Notes: generated by a model from the sequence alone, not told the origin. A stretch of DNA of 64,000 bases from Candidatus Gottesmanbacteria bacterium RIFCSPHIGHO2_01_FULL_40_15 (GCA_001779115.1 MFJF01000019.1:12733-76732); one strand, 5' to 3'; shown: positions 9,986 through 19,227, counted from the first letter of the stretch. Made by a program: numbers and translations.

Positions 9986-10328
9986 CTGTATTTTCTGCAA
10001 AATAGTAAAAGGAGAAGTTCCTTCAAAAAAAGTTTTTGAAGATGAGCTGATTTTGGCCTTTCATGATATTAATCCCAAGGCGCCGGTTCATGTCCTGGTA
10101 ATACCGAAAAAGCATATCAGTTCACTTATCGATATTAATAATAATGATAAGGAATTAATGGGCAATTTTCTGGTAAAAGCATCAGCCGTTGCCGGAAAAT
10201 TAGGTCTGAATGATAAGGGGTATAAGATAGTAGTTAATAACGGTAATGGTGCCGGCCAGCTTGTTTTCCATCTGCATATGCACATATTGGGAGGATGGGA
10301 AGGAGCAGCATCAGGTTGGCAGATTTGA
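9978..10328 (+). CDS. HIT-family (histidine triad) nucleotide hydrolase
   Basis: 116 aa. 'HLHMHILGG' histidine triad. N-terminal 'CIFCKI' typical of HinT-like proteins. Confidence 0.88.
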   Translation: MNDCIFCKIVKGEVPSKKVFEDELILAFHDINPKAPVHVLVIPKKHISSLIDINNNDKELMGNFLVKASAVAGKLGLNDKGYKIVVNNGNGAGQLVFHLHMHILGGWEGAASGWQI

Positions 10329-10417
10329 AACCCGCCTTTGCAGAAAGCTTTAAGCCTTCGCTGTCACCTTCGCTAAAGCTATGGTGACCAAGAAAGCTAC
10401 GGCGGGCAAAGAAGGAG
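10329..10417 (+). promoter_or_regulatory. structured 5' leader upstream of rpsU (nested helices CCCGCC…GGCGGG and GTCACC…GGTGAC, AAGCTT palindrome), ending in SD AAGGAGG
   Basis: Seen directly. 6-bp long-range complement 10332-10337/10404-10409 encloses an inner 6-bp stem (ctgTCACC…GGTGAcc). SD 'aaggagg' lies 8 nt before the ATG at 10433. Confidence 0.3.
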
Positions 10418-10432
10418 GTGTTTTTTACATTC

Positions 10433-10630
10433 ATGATTTATGTTAAAGCTCAACCGGGAGATACTTCAGATTCCGTTATCCGTAAATTTACTAAAAAAGT
10501 AATTGCGGAAGGACTTCTTTTGGAATTTAAGAAAAAAGAATTCTATCAGAAGCCGGCCGAAATCAGAAAGGAAGCGAAGAAAGAAATAGCCAGGCGGGCG
10601 CGTGCCAGAAGAAGGGCAAGAAACAAATAG
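10433..10630 (+). CDS. rpsU: 30S ribosomal protein S21
   Basis: 'MIYVKAQPGDTSDSVIRKF…' with Arg-rich C-terminus 'ARRARARRRARNK'. The in-frame upstream ATG at 10418 is unlikely to be the start. Confidence 0.85.
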   Translation: MIYVKAQPGDTSDSVIRKFTKKVIAEGLLLEFKKKEFYQKPAEIRKEAKKEIARRARARRRARNK

Positions 10631-10633
10631 ACA

Positions 10634-11032
10634 ATGGTTAATGTTCTTATTAAAACCGATTCACATTACAAGGTTAACCGGAAAAGAATAAGAGGGGCGA
10701 TTGAGCAATTTCTTATTGGGAAAAAAGTAAAGGGAAAAACCGAGATCAGTATTTCCGTTGTCGGAGACCGTCAAATGAGGAATTTAAATATGAAATTCCG
10801 CAAGAAGAATGAAACTACCGATGTCTTGTCTTTTCCTCTAATTGATAACGAATACGGATCGAAATTTGTCGATCCTCCGGATGATATTCTTCATTTGGGT
10901 GATATTGTAATTTCCTATCCTGAGGTAATTGAGGAAGCATCACGGGAAAACAAAATGGTTGATGATAAAATAGAAGAATTGGTTATTCACGGAGTAATGC
11001 ATTTACTGGGATATCATCATGACCAGGAATAA
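10634..11032 (+). CDS. ybeY: rRNA maturation endoribonuclease YbeY
   Basis: 132 aa. 'HGVMHLLGYHH' (H-x3-H-x5-H metal motif of the UPF0054/YbeY family). Confidence 0.88.
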   Translation: MVNVLIKTDSHYKVNRKRIRGAIEQFLIGKKVKGKTEISISVVGDRQMRNLNMKFRKKNETTDVLSFPLIDNEYGSKFVDPPDDILHLGDIVISYPEVIEEASRENKMVDDKIEELVIHGVMHLLGYHHDQE

Positions 11033-11042
11033 AAAGTAACTT

Positions 11043-12119
11043 ATGGTACTTTATTTAAAATACCGGCCGCAAAAATTAGCTGAATTGGATATAACTTCCG
11101 TGCGTGATAAGCTGGTTGGAACCCTGGCATCTTCTTACAGACCGCATGCTTATTTATTTTCGGGTCCCAAGGGAACCGGTAAAACATCGGCTGCCAGAAT
11201 AATTGCTAAAGCGCTTAACTGTCTTAACCCTAAGGAACAAGCGCTGACAGGAAGCACAAAAAAATATAATGAACCGTGCAATAAATGCGAAAATTGCCGG
11301 GAGATTTTATCAGGCCGTCATATGGATATAATTGAGATTGATGCGGCTTCAAACAGGGGCATTGATGAAATAAGAGATCTTAAAGAGAAAATAAGACTGG
11401 CTCCGGTTTCGGCAGAATTCAAAGTCTACATTATTGACGAAGTCCATATGCTGACTAATGAAGCTTTTAACGCGTTGTTAAAAACGTTGGAAGAACCTCC
11501 CGCTCACGCTGTTTTTATTCTGGCAACAACTGAGCCAGATAAACTGCCGGAAACGATTTTATCACGCTGTGTTGTATTCCGGTTTCATAAAGCAAATATT
11601 GATGAAGTCATCCATTCTCTCAAAAGGGTAGTCGGCGGAGAAAAGTTAAAAATTGACGATGAAATTCTGTCACTGATTGCCCGGCACGCAGACGGATCTT
11701 TCCGGGATGCCACTAAAATCTTGGAACAGGTAATTGGTGAAAATAAAATTACTTTGCAGGATGTTTCATATTTACTTGGCAAAGGTACCATTACACCGGA
11801 GAATTTTCTGATTTTATTGGGAAAGAAAGACATTAATCAGCTGCTTCAATCAATCAGCTTAATGGGGGAAAGAGGATCCGATTTCCGGCTGTTTGTTACA
11901 ACAATACTCAATGTACTGCATGAAATTCTTCTGGATTTGCATAAAGTTAAGCAGTCGGATCTTTCAGCTGATATCAGAAAAATCTATGCCGGAAACGGGG
12001 TAATCCAAGCAATCAGAATGTTTTCGCGGGTTTATACAGATTTAAAATTTGCCAGCCGGCCCGAGCTGCCATTGGAAACAGCCGTAGTTGAATGGTGCGA
12101 GGGGAAAGATATAAAATAA
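11043..12119 (+). CDS. dnaX: DNA polymerase III subunit gamma/tau (short form, domains I-III)
   Basis: 358 aa. 'FSGPKGTGKTSAARIIAKALNC' Walker A. Zn module 'CNKCENCREI'. 'IIDEVHMLT' Walker B. 'SRC' sensor. Confidence 0.88.
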   Translation: MVLYLKYRPQKLAELDITSVRDKLVGTLASSYRPHAYLFSGPKGTGKTSAARIIAKALNCLNPKEQALTGSTKKYNEPCNKCENCREILSGRHMDIIEIDAASNRGIDEIRDLKEKIRLAPVSAEFKVYIIDEVHMLTNEAFNALLKTLEEPPAHAVFILATTEPDKLPETILSRCVVFRFHKANIDEVIHSLKRVVGGEKLKIDDEILSLIARHADGSFRDATKILEQVIGENKITLQDVSYLLGKGTITPENFLILLGKKDINQLLQSISLMGERGSDFRLFVTTILNVLHEILLDLHKVKQSDLSADIRKIYAGNGVIQAIRMFSRVYTDLKFASRPELPLETAVVEWCEGKDIK

Positions 12120-12161
12120 TAAGACTTGTAAGGTAATAGAAAGAAAGGAGGTTTTTTGAAA

Positions 12162-12449
12162 ATGTTTAATCCTTTTAAAGCAATAGGAGATCTCAAGTCA
12201 ATGCGGGAACAGGCATTGAAAATGCAGCAGATGCTTGCCCAGGAAGAAGTAACTGTTGAGAAAAACGGAGTAAAGGTTGTTATGAGCGGTGATCAGAAGA
12301 TTAAAGAGTTGGTTATTGACGGTGAGGAACATCACCGGGCAAAGGAGGCAATAGCTGAGGCTATCCGCAAATCGCAGGAGATTGCCGCCAGAAAACTGAC
12401 TGAGATATCGGGAGGTTTGCAGGGTTTAATGGGCGGGGCTGAAAAATAA
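12162..12449 (+). CDS. ybaB: nucleoid-associated protein YbaB/EbfC
   Basis: 95 aa from the ATG at 12162. This ATG is 10 nt after 'aaggagg'. The track's TTG start at 12156 is less likely. Pattern 'MFNPFKAIGDLKSMREQALKMQQ…VKVVMSGDQKIKELVIDGE' matches the YbaB family. Confidence 0.85.
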   Translation: MFNPFKAIGDLKSMREQALKMQQMLAQEEVTVEKNGVKVVMSGDQKIKELVIDGEEHHRAKEAIAEAIRKSQEIAARKLTEISGGLQGLMGGAEK

Positions 12450-12460
12450 AAAAAAAGTTT

Positions 12461-13402
12461 ATGGTACTTGTTACGGGATCTCTGGCTTACGACCAGATAA
12501 TGGATTTCCCCGGAAAATTCTCCGACCACATCATGCCTGATAAAATCCACATGCTCAATGTGTCTTTTCTGGTAAATAATTTCAGGAAAGGATTCGGAGG
12601 TACGGCCGGCAATATTGCCTACACACTTTCACTGCTTGATATAAAATCCGCCATATTGGGTATGGCCGGAGATGATTTTGAACCTTACCGGAAGTTTTTA
12701 GAGCGTTTTGAAGTCAATACTTCAAATATCAAAATAATTAATAAATTCCAGACTTCAGCGGCTTTCGGGATAACTGATCAGTCCGATAACCAGATTTGGG
12801 GATTTTACACCGGAGCGGACAGTTTAAGCGATCAGTTATCAACGGATCTTGTTCACGGAAAAATTGATTTTGCCATAATTGCTCCGCATAATCCGAAAGC
12901 CATGTTAAAATTCAGCCTGGAGCATAAGAATAAAGGAATTCCCTACCTGTTTGATCCCGGTATGCAGCTTCCCTGGTTTACCGGTCCTGATTTGCTGAAA
13001 GCCTTTACTGCTGCGGAAATAATAATCGGCAATGATTATGAAATTGATGTCATGGAAAAAAAGACCGGAATTTTTAATTTACACAAACATTTTAAGGATA
13101 AAATAATCATTACTACTCTGGCCGAAAAGGGGTCAACAGTAAGCAGAAACGGGAAATTATTTCAAATTAAAAGCTCAAAAGTTAAGCATGCATCGGATCC
13201 GGCCGGAGCGGGAGATGCTTACCGGGCAGGATTTGTCGCCGGTTATTTAAGAGGTTTTCCGGTAAAAACCTGTGCCCAAATGGGATCGGTTACATCAGCA
13301 TATACTGTTGAAAAATACGGAACAACCACACACTATTTCACTGTGCCTGAGTTTACCAGACGCTACCGGGATAATTACGGGGAAGAATTGGCACTGACTT
13401 AG
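12461..13402 (+). CDS. PfkB-family carbohydrate/nucleoside kinase (ribokinase fold). Adenosine kinase is plausible from context
   Basis: 313 aa. C-terminal 'DPAGAGDAYRAGF' (PfkB signature 2: DTxGAGD). N-terminal GG dipeptide region 'GFGGTAGN'. Confidence 0.8.
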   Translation: MVLVTGSLAYDQIMDFPGKFSDHIMPDKIHMLNVSFLVNNFRKGFGGTAGNIAYTLSLLDIKSAILGMAGDDFEPYRKFLERFEVNTSNIKIINKFQTSAAFGITDQSDNQIWGFYTGADSLSDQLSTDLVHGKIDFAIIAPHNPKAMLKFSLEHKNKGIPYLFDPGMQLPWFTGPDLLKAFTAAEIIIGNDYEIDVMEKKTGIFNLHKHFKDKIIITTLAEKGSTVSRNGKLFQIKSSKVKHASDPAGAGDAYRAGFVAGYLRGFPVKTCAQMGSVTSAYTVEKYGTTTHYFTVPEFTRRYRDNYGEELALT

Positions 13403-13470
13403 GTATTTACCGTGATTGGCTAATTTTTCAAAAGGGATTATAATAAACGGTATTTTCTGTCCGATTTTGT

Positions 13471-14739
13471 ATGAAAAAATCAAATATGTATGATATTGCC
13501 GATATAAAACTCGCCCGGACCGGCAAAAGAAAAATCGAATGGGCGCAGGTACACATGCCGGTTTTGACACTCATAGGCAATAGATTTGATAAGGATAAGC
13601 CATTAAAGGGGATCAATATCGGAGCATGTCTTCATGTAACCAGCGAAACAGCCAATCTGATGCTGGCATTAAAATCGGGAGGAGCCAAAGTATATCTTTG
13701 TGCCTGTAATCCCCTGTCAACCCAGGATGAAATTGCCGCTTCACTTGTGTCAGACTTTAACATCCCCGTTTTTGCCGTCAGGGGCGAAGATAAGAAAACT
13801 TATTACCGGCATATTGAAGCAATTCTTGACCAGCGGCCGCAAATTACCATGGACGACGGGGGGGATCTGATTTCCGTTTTACATAAGGATCGGGTGAATC
13901 AGCTTGCCGAAGTTATCGGGTCCAATGAGGAAACAACAACCGGTGTAATAAGGCTAAAAGCGATGGAAAGGGATAACGCTTTAAAAATTCCGGTTATGGC
14001 GGTGAATTACAGTATGACCAAGCACATGTTTGACAACCGTTACGGAACCGGGCAATCAACCATTGACGGAATCATGCGGGCAACCAATCTGCTTCTTTCA
14101 GGAAAAAAATTTGTTGTCTGCGGTTACGGCTGGTGCGGTCGGGGTTTGGCACAAAGAGCCAGAGGGATGGGGGCATCAGTTACGGTTACAGAAGTTGATG
14201 CCGTTAAAGCACTTGAAGCGGTAATGGACGGATTTACGGTTATGCCGATAAGCGATGCCAGCCCGATCGGAGATATTTTCGTAACTGTAACCGGTGATAA
14301 AAACGTAATCACGTGGAAAAATATTCAAAAAATGAAAGACGGATCAGTTTTGGCAAACAGCGGACATTTTAACGTGGAGATTGATGTCGCAGAAATGGAA
14401 AAACAGGCAACAAAAAAAAGCCGGATCAGGCCTGCCGTTGATGAGTATATATTAAAAGACGGCAGCAGGCGGTACCTTTTGGGCGAGGGGAGGCTTATCA
14501 ATCTGGCGGCAGCAGAGGGGCATCCTGCCGAAGTAATGGATATGTCGTTTGCCAATCAGGCCTTAGCCTGTGAATGGCTGGTAATAAATAGGGGGAAACT
14601 GGAAAATAAAGTTTACCGGCTTCCTGAAAATTTAGACAGGGAAATCGCAAAATTAAAACTCGTTGCAATGGGTATTAAAATTGACAAGTTGACCAAAGAG
14701 CAGAAAAACTATCTGTCCAGCTGGCAGGAAGGAACCTGA
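13471..14739 (+). CDS. ahcY: S-adenosyl-L-homocysteine hydrolase (adenosylhomocysteinase)
   Basis: 422 aa. 'DIADIKLARTGKRKIEWA' N-terminus. 'ETTTGV'. NAD-binding 'VCGYGWCGRGLAQRARGMGASVTVTEVD'. Confidence 0.92.
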   Translation: MKKSNMYDIADIKLARTGKRKIEWAQVHMPVLTLIGNRFDKDKPLKGINIGACLHVTSETANLMLALKSGGAKVYLCACNPLSTQDEIAASLVSDFNIPVFAVRGEDKKTYYRHIEAILDQRPQITMDDGGDLISVLHKDRVNQLAEVIGSNEETTTGVIRLKAMERDNALKIPVMAVNYSMTKHMFDNRYGTGQSTIDGIMRATNLLLSGKKFVVCGYGWCGRGLAQRARGMGASVTVTEVDAVKALEAVMDGFTVMPISDASPIGDIFVTVTGDKNVITWKNIQKMKDGSVLANSGHFNVEIDVAEMEKQATKKSRIRPAVDEYILKDGSRRYLLGEGRLINLAAAEGHPAEVMDMSFANQALACEWLVINRGKLENKVYRLPENLDREIAKLKLVAMGIKIDKLTKEQKNYLSSWQEGT

Positions 14740-14812
14740 ATAAGTTATTGCAATTATTTAAGTATTAAGTTATTCTGGAGCCAGAGTTTACAGATTAACA
14801 CAAATTTGGTTC

Positions 14813-15688
14813 ATGTCTTTAACAAATAACTTCGAGTGGAACTACCAAAAACCCGCTAAAATTGCACCCAACAGCCTTCATATCGAAGTAATAGCTGATT
14901 ACGGGGGAAGTTATACGACCGATCATGCTTTTATGGAAGTCAGGAACCATTTTTTCCGTTTTGACAAACTCAATAAAATAAAAGTTGTTACGGATCATCC
15001 GGTTTACGCCTTTTCCACAATTGAAACAGGTTTTTGGATTGCCCAGGACAGTCTTCATAGTGAACATAAAAATCTGGTAGTTTTTTCCAACACGGCTCCG
15101 CGGGGGGATATCAAATGGATCGGTGAAAACCGCCAGCCGTTTGTCTGCGGGATTTTGGATAACGGTATACCGGTATTTGCCGTATATGCCGGTTATAATC
15201 TTTCATATATCAGAGACAGGTTAAAAGGATTGTGGATTGTTAAAGTACCCAATAAGGGAACGCAATTCCGGTCAAGAGATTATTACCCGGAGGCTACAAT
15301 GGCAATATTAAACGGTGATTTGAACAGATTAGGCAAACCGATAGACATCGGTAAAATTCCTGATGTGCCGCAATTTGCAATTGCTTCAGTTGACGGCTAC
15401 GGCAATTTAAAAACAACGATTAGGAAAAGCAATCTTTCTTCTCAAGTTGTTAACTCTTCGATTGTTAGGATCGGAGTCAATAATAATTACCATTTTGCCT
15501 TAAATACAGTCGGCCGCGGTGTAAAAGGAAAAGTCGGCGACCTTTGCCTGGTCTCGGGTTCATCCGGAGGAAAAGGGAAAAACTACCTGGAAATTATCAA
15601 ACTTCAGATGAAGGCATCAAAGGAATTTAGCATTGACGGACCGAGGGATGATTTGGGTAAAATTCAAATAAGTTCTGTTAAAACTTGA
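14813..15688 (+). CDS. DUF62-family SAM hydroxide adenosyltransferase-like protein (SAM hydrolase / fluorinase-chlorinase fold)
   Basis: 291 aa. 'FRSRDYYPEATMAIL' (compare F-H-G-R-D-x-F-A-P-x-A-A). 'VDGYGNLKTTI' (compare IDRFGNLITNI). C-terminal 'GDLCLVSGSSG…LEI'. These are the three hallmark blocks of PF01887 as I remember them. Not searched. Confidence 0.55.
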   Translation: MSLTNNFEWNYQKPAKIAPNSLHIEVIADYGGSYTTDHAFMEVRNHFFRFDKLNKIKVVTDHPVYAFSTIETGFWIAQDSLHSEHKNLVVFSNTAPRGDIKWIGENRQPFVCGILDNGIPVFAVYAGYNLSYIRDRLKGLWIVKVPNKGTQFRSRDYYPEATMAILNGDLNRLGKPIDIGKIPDVPQFAIASVDGYGNLKTTIRKSNLSSQVVNSSIVRIGVNNNYHFALNTVGRGVKGKVGDLCLVSGSSGGKGKNYLEIIKLQMKASKEFSIDGPRDDLGKIQISSVKT

Positions 15689-15757
15689 CAGAATGGTAAA
15701 ATTATATTATTTTTAATCTAATGAATTTCAGCCTTATATCACTCTGTTGTATTAAAA

Positions 15758-15782
15758 CTCCCGCATAAACGGGGAGGTTTTT
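15758..15782 (+). terminator. rho-independent terminator-like hairpin after the DUF62 gene
   Basis: CTCCC-gcataaacg-GGGAG followed by gTTTTT. Confidence 0.5.
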
Positions 15783-15808
15783 GGATAGGTTTATAAAGGT
15801 TCACAACG

Positions 15809-15836
15809 CCTCCCGGAAATATAGGGAGGTTTTTTT
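15809..15836 (+). promoter_or_regulatory. SD-sequestering hairpin with U-tract immediately upstream of the CBS start codon
   Basis: CCTCCC-ggaaatata-GGGAGG then TTTTTTT, then ATG at 15837. The 3' arm GGGAGG is the only Shine-Dalgarno candidate for the CBS gene. Confidence 0.45.
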
Positions 15837-17183
15837 ATGTATTACAATAATATTCTTGAGGTTGTCGGCAATACTCCTCTGGTCAGGATAAACAAACTTA
15901 ATCCCAATCCCAGGGTTTTAATGCTTGTTAAGCTGGAGTTTCTTAATCCCGGTGGAAGCATCAAGGACAGAATCGGGCTGCCGATGGTAGAGAAAGCGGA
16001 GAAAGAGGGAAATTTAAATAAAGGAGGAACCATTGTCGAGCCGACCAGCGGCAACACCGGAGTGGGTTTGGCAATGGCAGCAGCGATAAAAGGTTATCGG
16101 ACAATTTTTGTCATGCCGGATAAAATGAGCGAGGAAAAAAGGAACCTGCTTCGGGCATACGGAGCCAAAGTGATAATGACGCCAACAGCGGTAGAACCGC
16201 AAGATTCTCGCAGCTATTACAATGTTTCAGAAAAAATTACACGGGAAACCAAAGGCGGATTTAAACCGGATCAGTATTCGAATCCGGCCAATCCTGAAGC
16301 TCATTTTATGACTACCGGTCCGGAAATTTGGGAACAGACGGAAGGCAAAGTGACGCATGTGATTATCGGCATGGGAACAGGAGGGACCATTTCCGGAGTT
16401 GGCCGGTATCTGAAAAAAAAGAATAATAAGATAAAAATAATCGGAGTCGATCCCGAAGGCAGTGTTTACTACCACTATTTCAAAACCGGCAAACTTCCCA
16501 AAATTCTGACCACCTATAAAGTTGAGGGTATCGGTGAAGATTTCCTGCCGGAAACGATGGATTTTTCCGTAATTGATGACGTTATTGTTGTTTCCGATAA
16601 AGAAAGTTTCATAACAGCCAGGCAGCTGGCCCGGGAAGAGGGGATTCTGGCGGGAGGTTCTTCCGGGCTGGCTTTAGCCGGAGCCAGAAAGGTTGCCAGA
16701 AGGATAAAAGAAGGAATTGTGGCGGTTATTTTACCTGATTCAGGCAAGAACTACCTGACTAAATTTTTTAATGACAATTGGATGAGGGACCACGGCTTTC
16801 TGGACGGGGAAGATGAAAGTGTCCGGCAGCTTCTTAATAAAAAACTGCATTTTATTACCGTTCAATCACAGTCAACACCTCGGGAAGCCATCAAAATGAT
16901 GCAGAAATTTCAAATATCCCAGCTGCCGGTTATGGAAGGTAAAAAAGTGATCGGGACCATAACCGAGTCGATACTGATAAAAAGTCTTTATGGCAAAGCA
17001 AAAATTCCGGTGACGGTTGAGGAGATTATGGACAGGGATTTTATAACGCTTCCTGATACCGCTTCGGAAGCCCAGCTGGTATCGGCTCTTCGGGATAAGG
17101 AAATGGTGATTATTACGGATAAAAAAGGAAAGCCGATTGATGTATTAACCCGGATTGATTTTCTAAGTTCGCTATCGGCCTGA
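15837..17183 (+). CDS. cystathionine beta-synthase (PLP-dependent CysK/CBS fold plus C-terminal CBS-domain pair)
   Basis: 448 aa. 'GGSIKDRIGLPMV' (PLP-Lys motif of the cysteine synthase family). 'TSGNTGVGLA'. 'GTGGTISG'. C-terminal 120 aa tandem CBS-domain-like segment. Confidence 0.8.
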   Translation: MYYNNILEVVGNTPLVRINKLNPNPRVLMLVKLEFLNPGGSIKDRIGLPMVEKAEKEGNLNKGGTIVEPTSGNTGVGLAMAAAIKGYRTIFVMPDKMSEEKRNLLRAYGAKVIMTPTAVEPQDSRSYYNVSEKITRETKGGFKPDQYSNPANPEAHFMTTGPEIWEQTEGKVTHVIIGMGTGGTISGVGRYLKKKNNKIKIIGVDPEGSVYYHYFKTGKLPKILTTYKVEGIGEDFLPETMDFSVIDDVIVVSDKESFITARQLAREEGILAGGSSGLALAGARKVARRIKEGIVAVILPDSGKNYLTKFFNDNWMRDHGFLDGEDESVRQLLNKKLHFITVQSQSTPREAIKMMQKFQISQLPVMEGKKVIGTITESILIKSLYGKAKIPVTVEEIMDRDFITLPDTASEAQLVSALRDKEMVIITDKKGKPIDVLTRIDFLSSLSA

Positions 17184-19127
17184 TTACTGTTTCCGTTTTC
17201 CAACAACCGGTTTCAGGATTTGTTGATAAAGCTCTCTCCAAATAATCAGATCTTTCTCAAGTTTTTCCAGTTTTTCGTCTGAGAAGGATTCAATTCCCAA
17301 GGCCAAGCGGAGATATCTTTGGGGCGGGATGTCTTCTTTGGTTCGGTCGTGAAGATAAAAAGTGTCATCCAGGTTGCCGAATAATCCGGTCATAACGGGA
17401 ATATAGAGGGGATTGATGCCCTTTCTTATCGGCACAAAAAGATAAAAAGCACCTTTTTCTCCGGGTTGGTCGGGAGCAATAAATGAGCGGTCAATATCAA
17501 AAATATCCGGTCTGGTTCTTCTCAAGACGTCAAGCAATTTTTCCTGGCGGGTACTGAGCATTTCAAAATATACAGCCTGGTCTTCCGGTTTGACAAAATC
17601 CCCAATGGCAAGAGCCCTAAACATCAGCGGGTAAGATACAGTGGGACATATTAATTTGGTTATTGCCGGAACATGAGCCGCCAGGAATCTGTCAGGGGTT
17701 CCGCCGAAACCGTCCCGTAAACCGGGTTGGCCATAAATTTTAGTCATCGGCAGAATGTCGATTCTTCTGTTGTACCCATTAAGAATTTCGCCAAGCGTTT
17801 TAATTTTATCCTGATTATCCGGATAGGCCATACCCAAATAAGCACCGTCATTAACAATGATTATTTTGGCGCCTTTTCTGCCCTGATGATCGGCGATAAC
17901 GTCTATTACTTTCTTGAACTGTTCGGCAGGCACAATTTTTGATCCGGGATTATTAATAAACTGCAGATCAATAATCAAAACGTCATCATTTTCAGGCTGT
18001 TGGAGAAATTCCTTCAGTTTACCGGGATTAAAGAAGAAATTTTCCTCAGCCTGTGTGACATATTCGATTGTTTCCATTTCCAATCCGTTTTCAGCCAGTT
18101 TGGCCAGCATGGTAAAACCGGGTGTCGGGAACAGAAGGCGGGGGTGAAACCTCTCATCTTTAATTTCTTTACGAAGGACAAGCCGGCTAAGAAGATATGA
18201 TCTGAGAAAAGCATCGGTGGCCGCGTAGCTGATAAAAGTTCCGTCAAGCTTTCCTTCATGAATATATCCGGTCAAACCGTATCTGGCCAGGTATTGTTCG
18301 TGCCGGTCACGAAGCCCCCGCCAGCCTAATCCCAGAGCCTGATATCCGGTATAATTTTCTTGCGCTCTTTTTATCATTTCCTCATAAGCATTGGCGCGGT
18401 CCATTATTCTGTGCCATTTCAATCCGTCCTGGCCCATTCTTTCCGCCACGTCAGCGTATTCGGGCTCCAATTCGCCGGTCAGATCAATATTGCCGATAAT
18501 CAGATTATAAAGGGGAGGCCGTTTTATACCGTTTTCCCGGCAAATAGATAAGGCTTCCTCAAGAATTCCGATATATTCCCTTATTTCAGGGGGTCTTTCT
18601 TCTGTTATTAATTTTTGCTCAAACGCAAATAATCTTTTTAATAACCACCGGCCCAGAGGTAACAGGTCCTGTTCTTTTTCAGAAGGCACCGGAGATTTTG
18701 TTTCTATATTGTGGCCGTTATCGGATTCCGGACGGAACCGGTGGCTCTTATTATACGCATGCCAGGTTTTATTAACTGCCTGGATTTCCGTTTGAACATC
18801 AGGTTTAGACAGCATGTTAAAAAGAGTGCGGCCGATTTGTCCTTCTGCGGTTCTTCTTAAGTTCTCATTTTGATTATCAACCGGAGAGCGGGAGTAGTTT
18901 TGCAGGGTGATGGCCATTGAGGCCAGATATAATATGAAAGCATCCTTTTCCCCGGGATTTATGCTTTCGGTCAAATTATCAAAAGATAATTGGAAATTTT
19001 CATCTTCCGTTCGCCATCTATCAATTTCCTGTCTGGCATAGAGGGTAACCTGGCCGCCGGTTGCCATCGGGTCTACCGGAGCGATGCGGATTGCTTCTTT
19101 AACAGGTATGGGAGTTTCCGGGATCAT
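17184..19127 (-). CDS. class I/II aminotransferase-fold PLP enzyme with about 260-aa N-terminal extension, function unknown
   Basis: 647 aa. C-terminal 390 aa contain 'LLFPTPGFTM', 'IIVNDGAYLGMAY' and 'MTKIYGQPGLRDGFG' (the SK-x5-G-x-R-x-G PLP-lysine block of AAT-like enzymes). N-terminal domain unrecognised. Confidence 0.5.
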   Translation of the reverse strand: MIPETPIPVKEAIRIAPVDPMATGGQVTLYARQEIDRWRTEDENFQLSFDNLTESINPGEKDAFILYLASMAITLQNYSRSPVDNQNENLRRTAEGQIGRTLFNMLSKPDVQTEIQAVNKTWHAYNKSHRFRPESDNGHNIETKSPVPSEKEQDLLPLGRWLLKRLFAFEQKLITEERPPEIREYIGILEEALSICRENGIKRPPLYNLIIGNIDLTGELEPEYADVAERMGQDGLKWHRIMDRANAYEEMIKRAQENYTGYQALGLGWRGLRDRHEQYLARYGLTGYIHEGKLDGTFISYAATDAFLRSYLLSRLVLRKEIKDERFHPRLLFPTPGFTMLAKLAENGLEMETIEYVTQAEENFFFNPGKLKEFLQQPENDDVLIIDLQFINNPGSKIVPAEQFKKVIDVIADHQGRKGAKIIIVNDGAYLGMAYPDNQDKIKTLGEILNGYNRRIDILPMTKIYGQPGLRDGFGGTPDRFLAAHVPAITKLICPTVSYPLMFRALAIGDFVKPEDQAVYFEMLSTRQEKLLDVLRRTRPDIFDIDRSFIAPDQPGEKGAFYLFVPIRKGINPLYIPVMTGLFGNLDDTFYLHDRTKEDIPPQRYLRLALGIESFSDEKLEKLEKDLIIWRELYQQILKPVVGKRKQ

Positions 19128-19227
19128 AGGCTTTCATAATTTATCATACTTATTATCCCTGTCAAGAAAACCTTACGGAAATATCCCTGTTGCAAAAATT
19201 GAGATAACAATTAATAATAGATGGATA

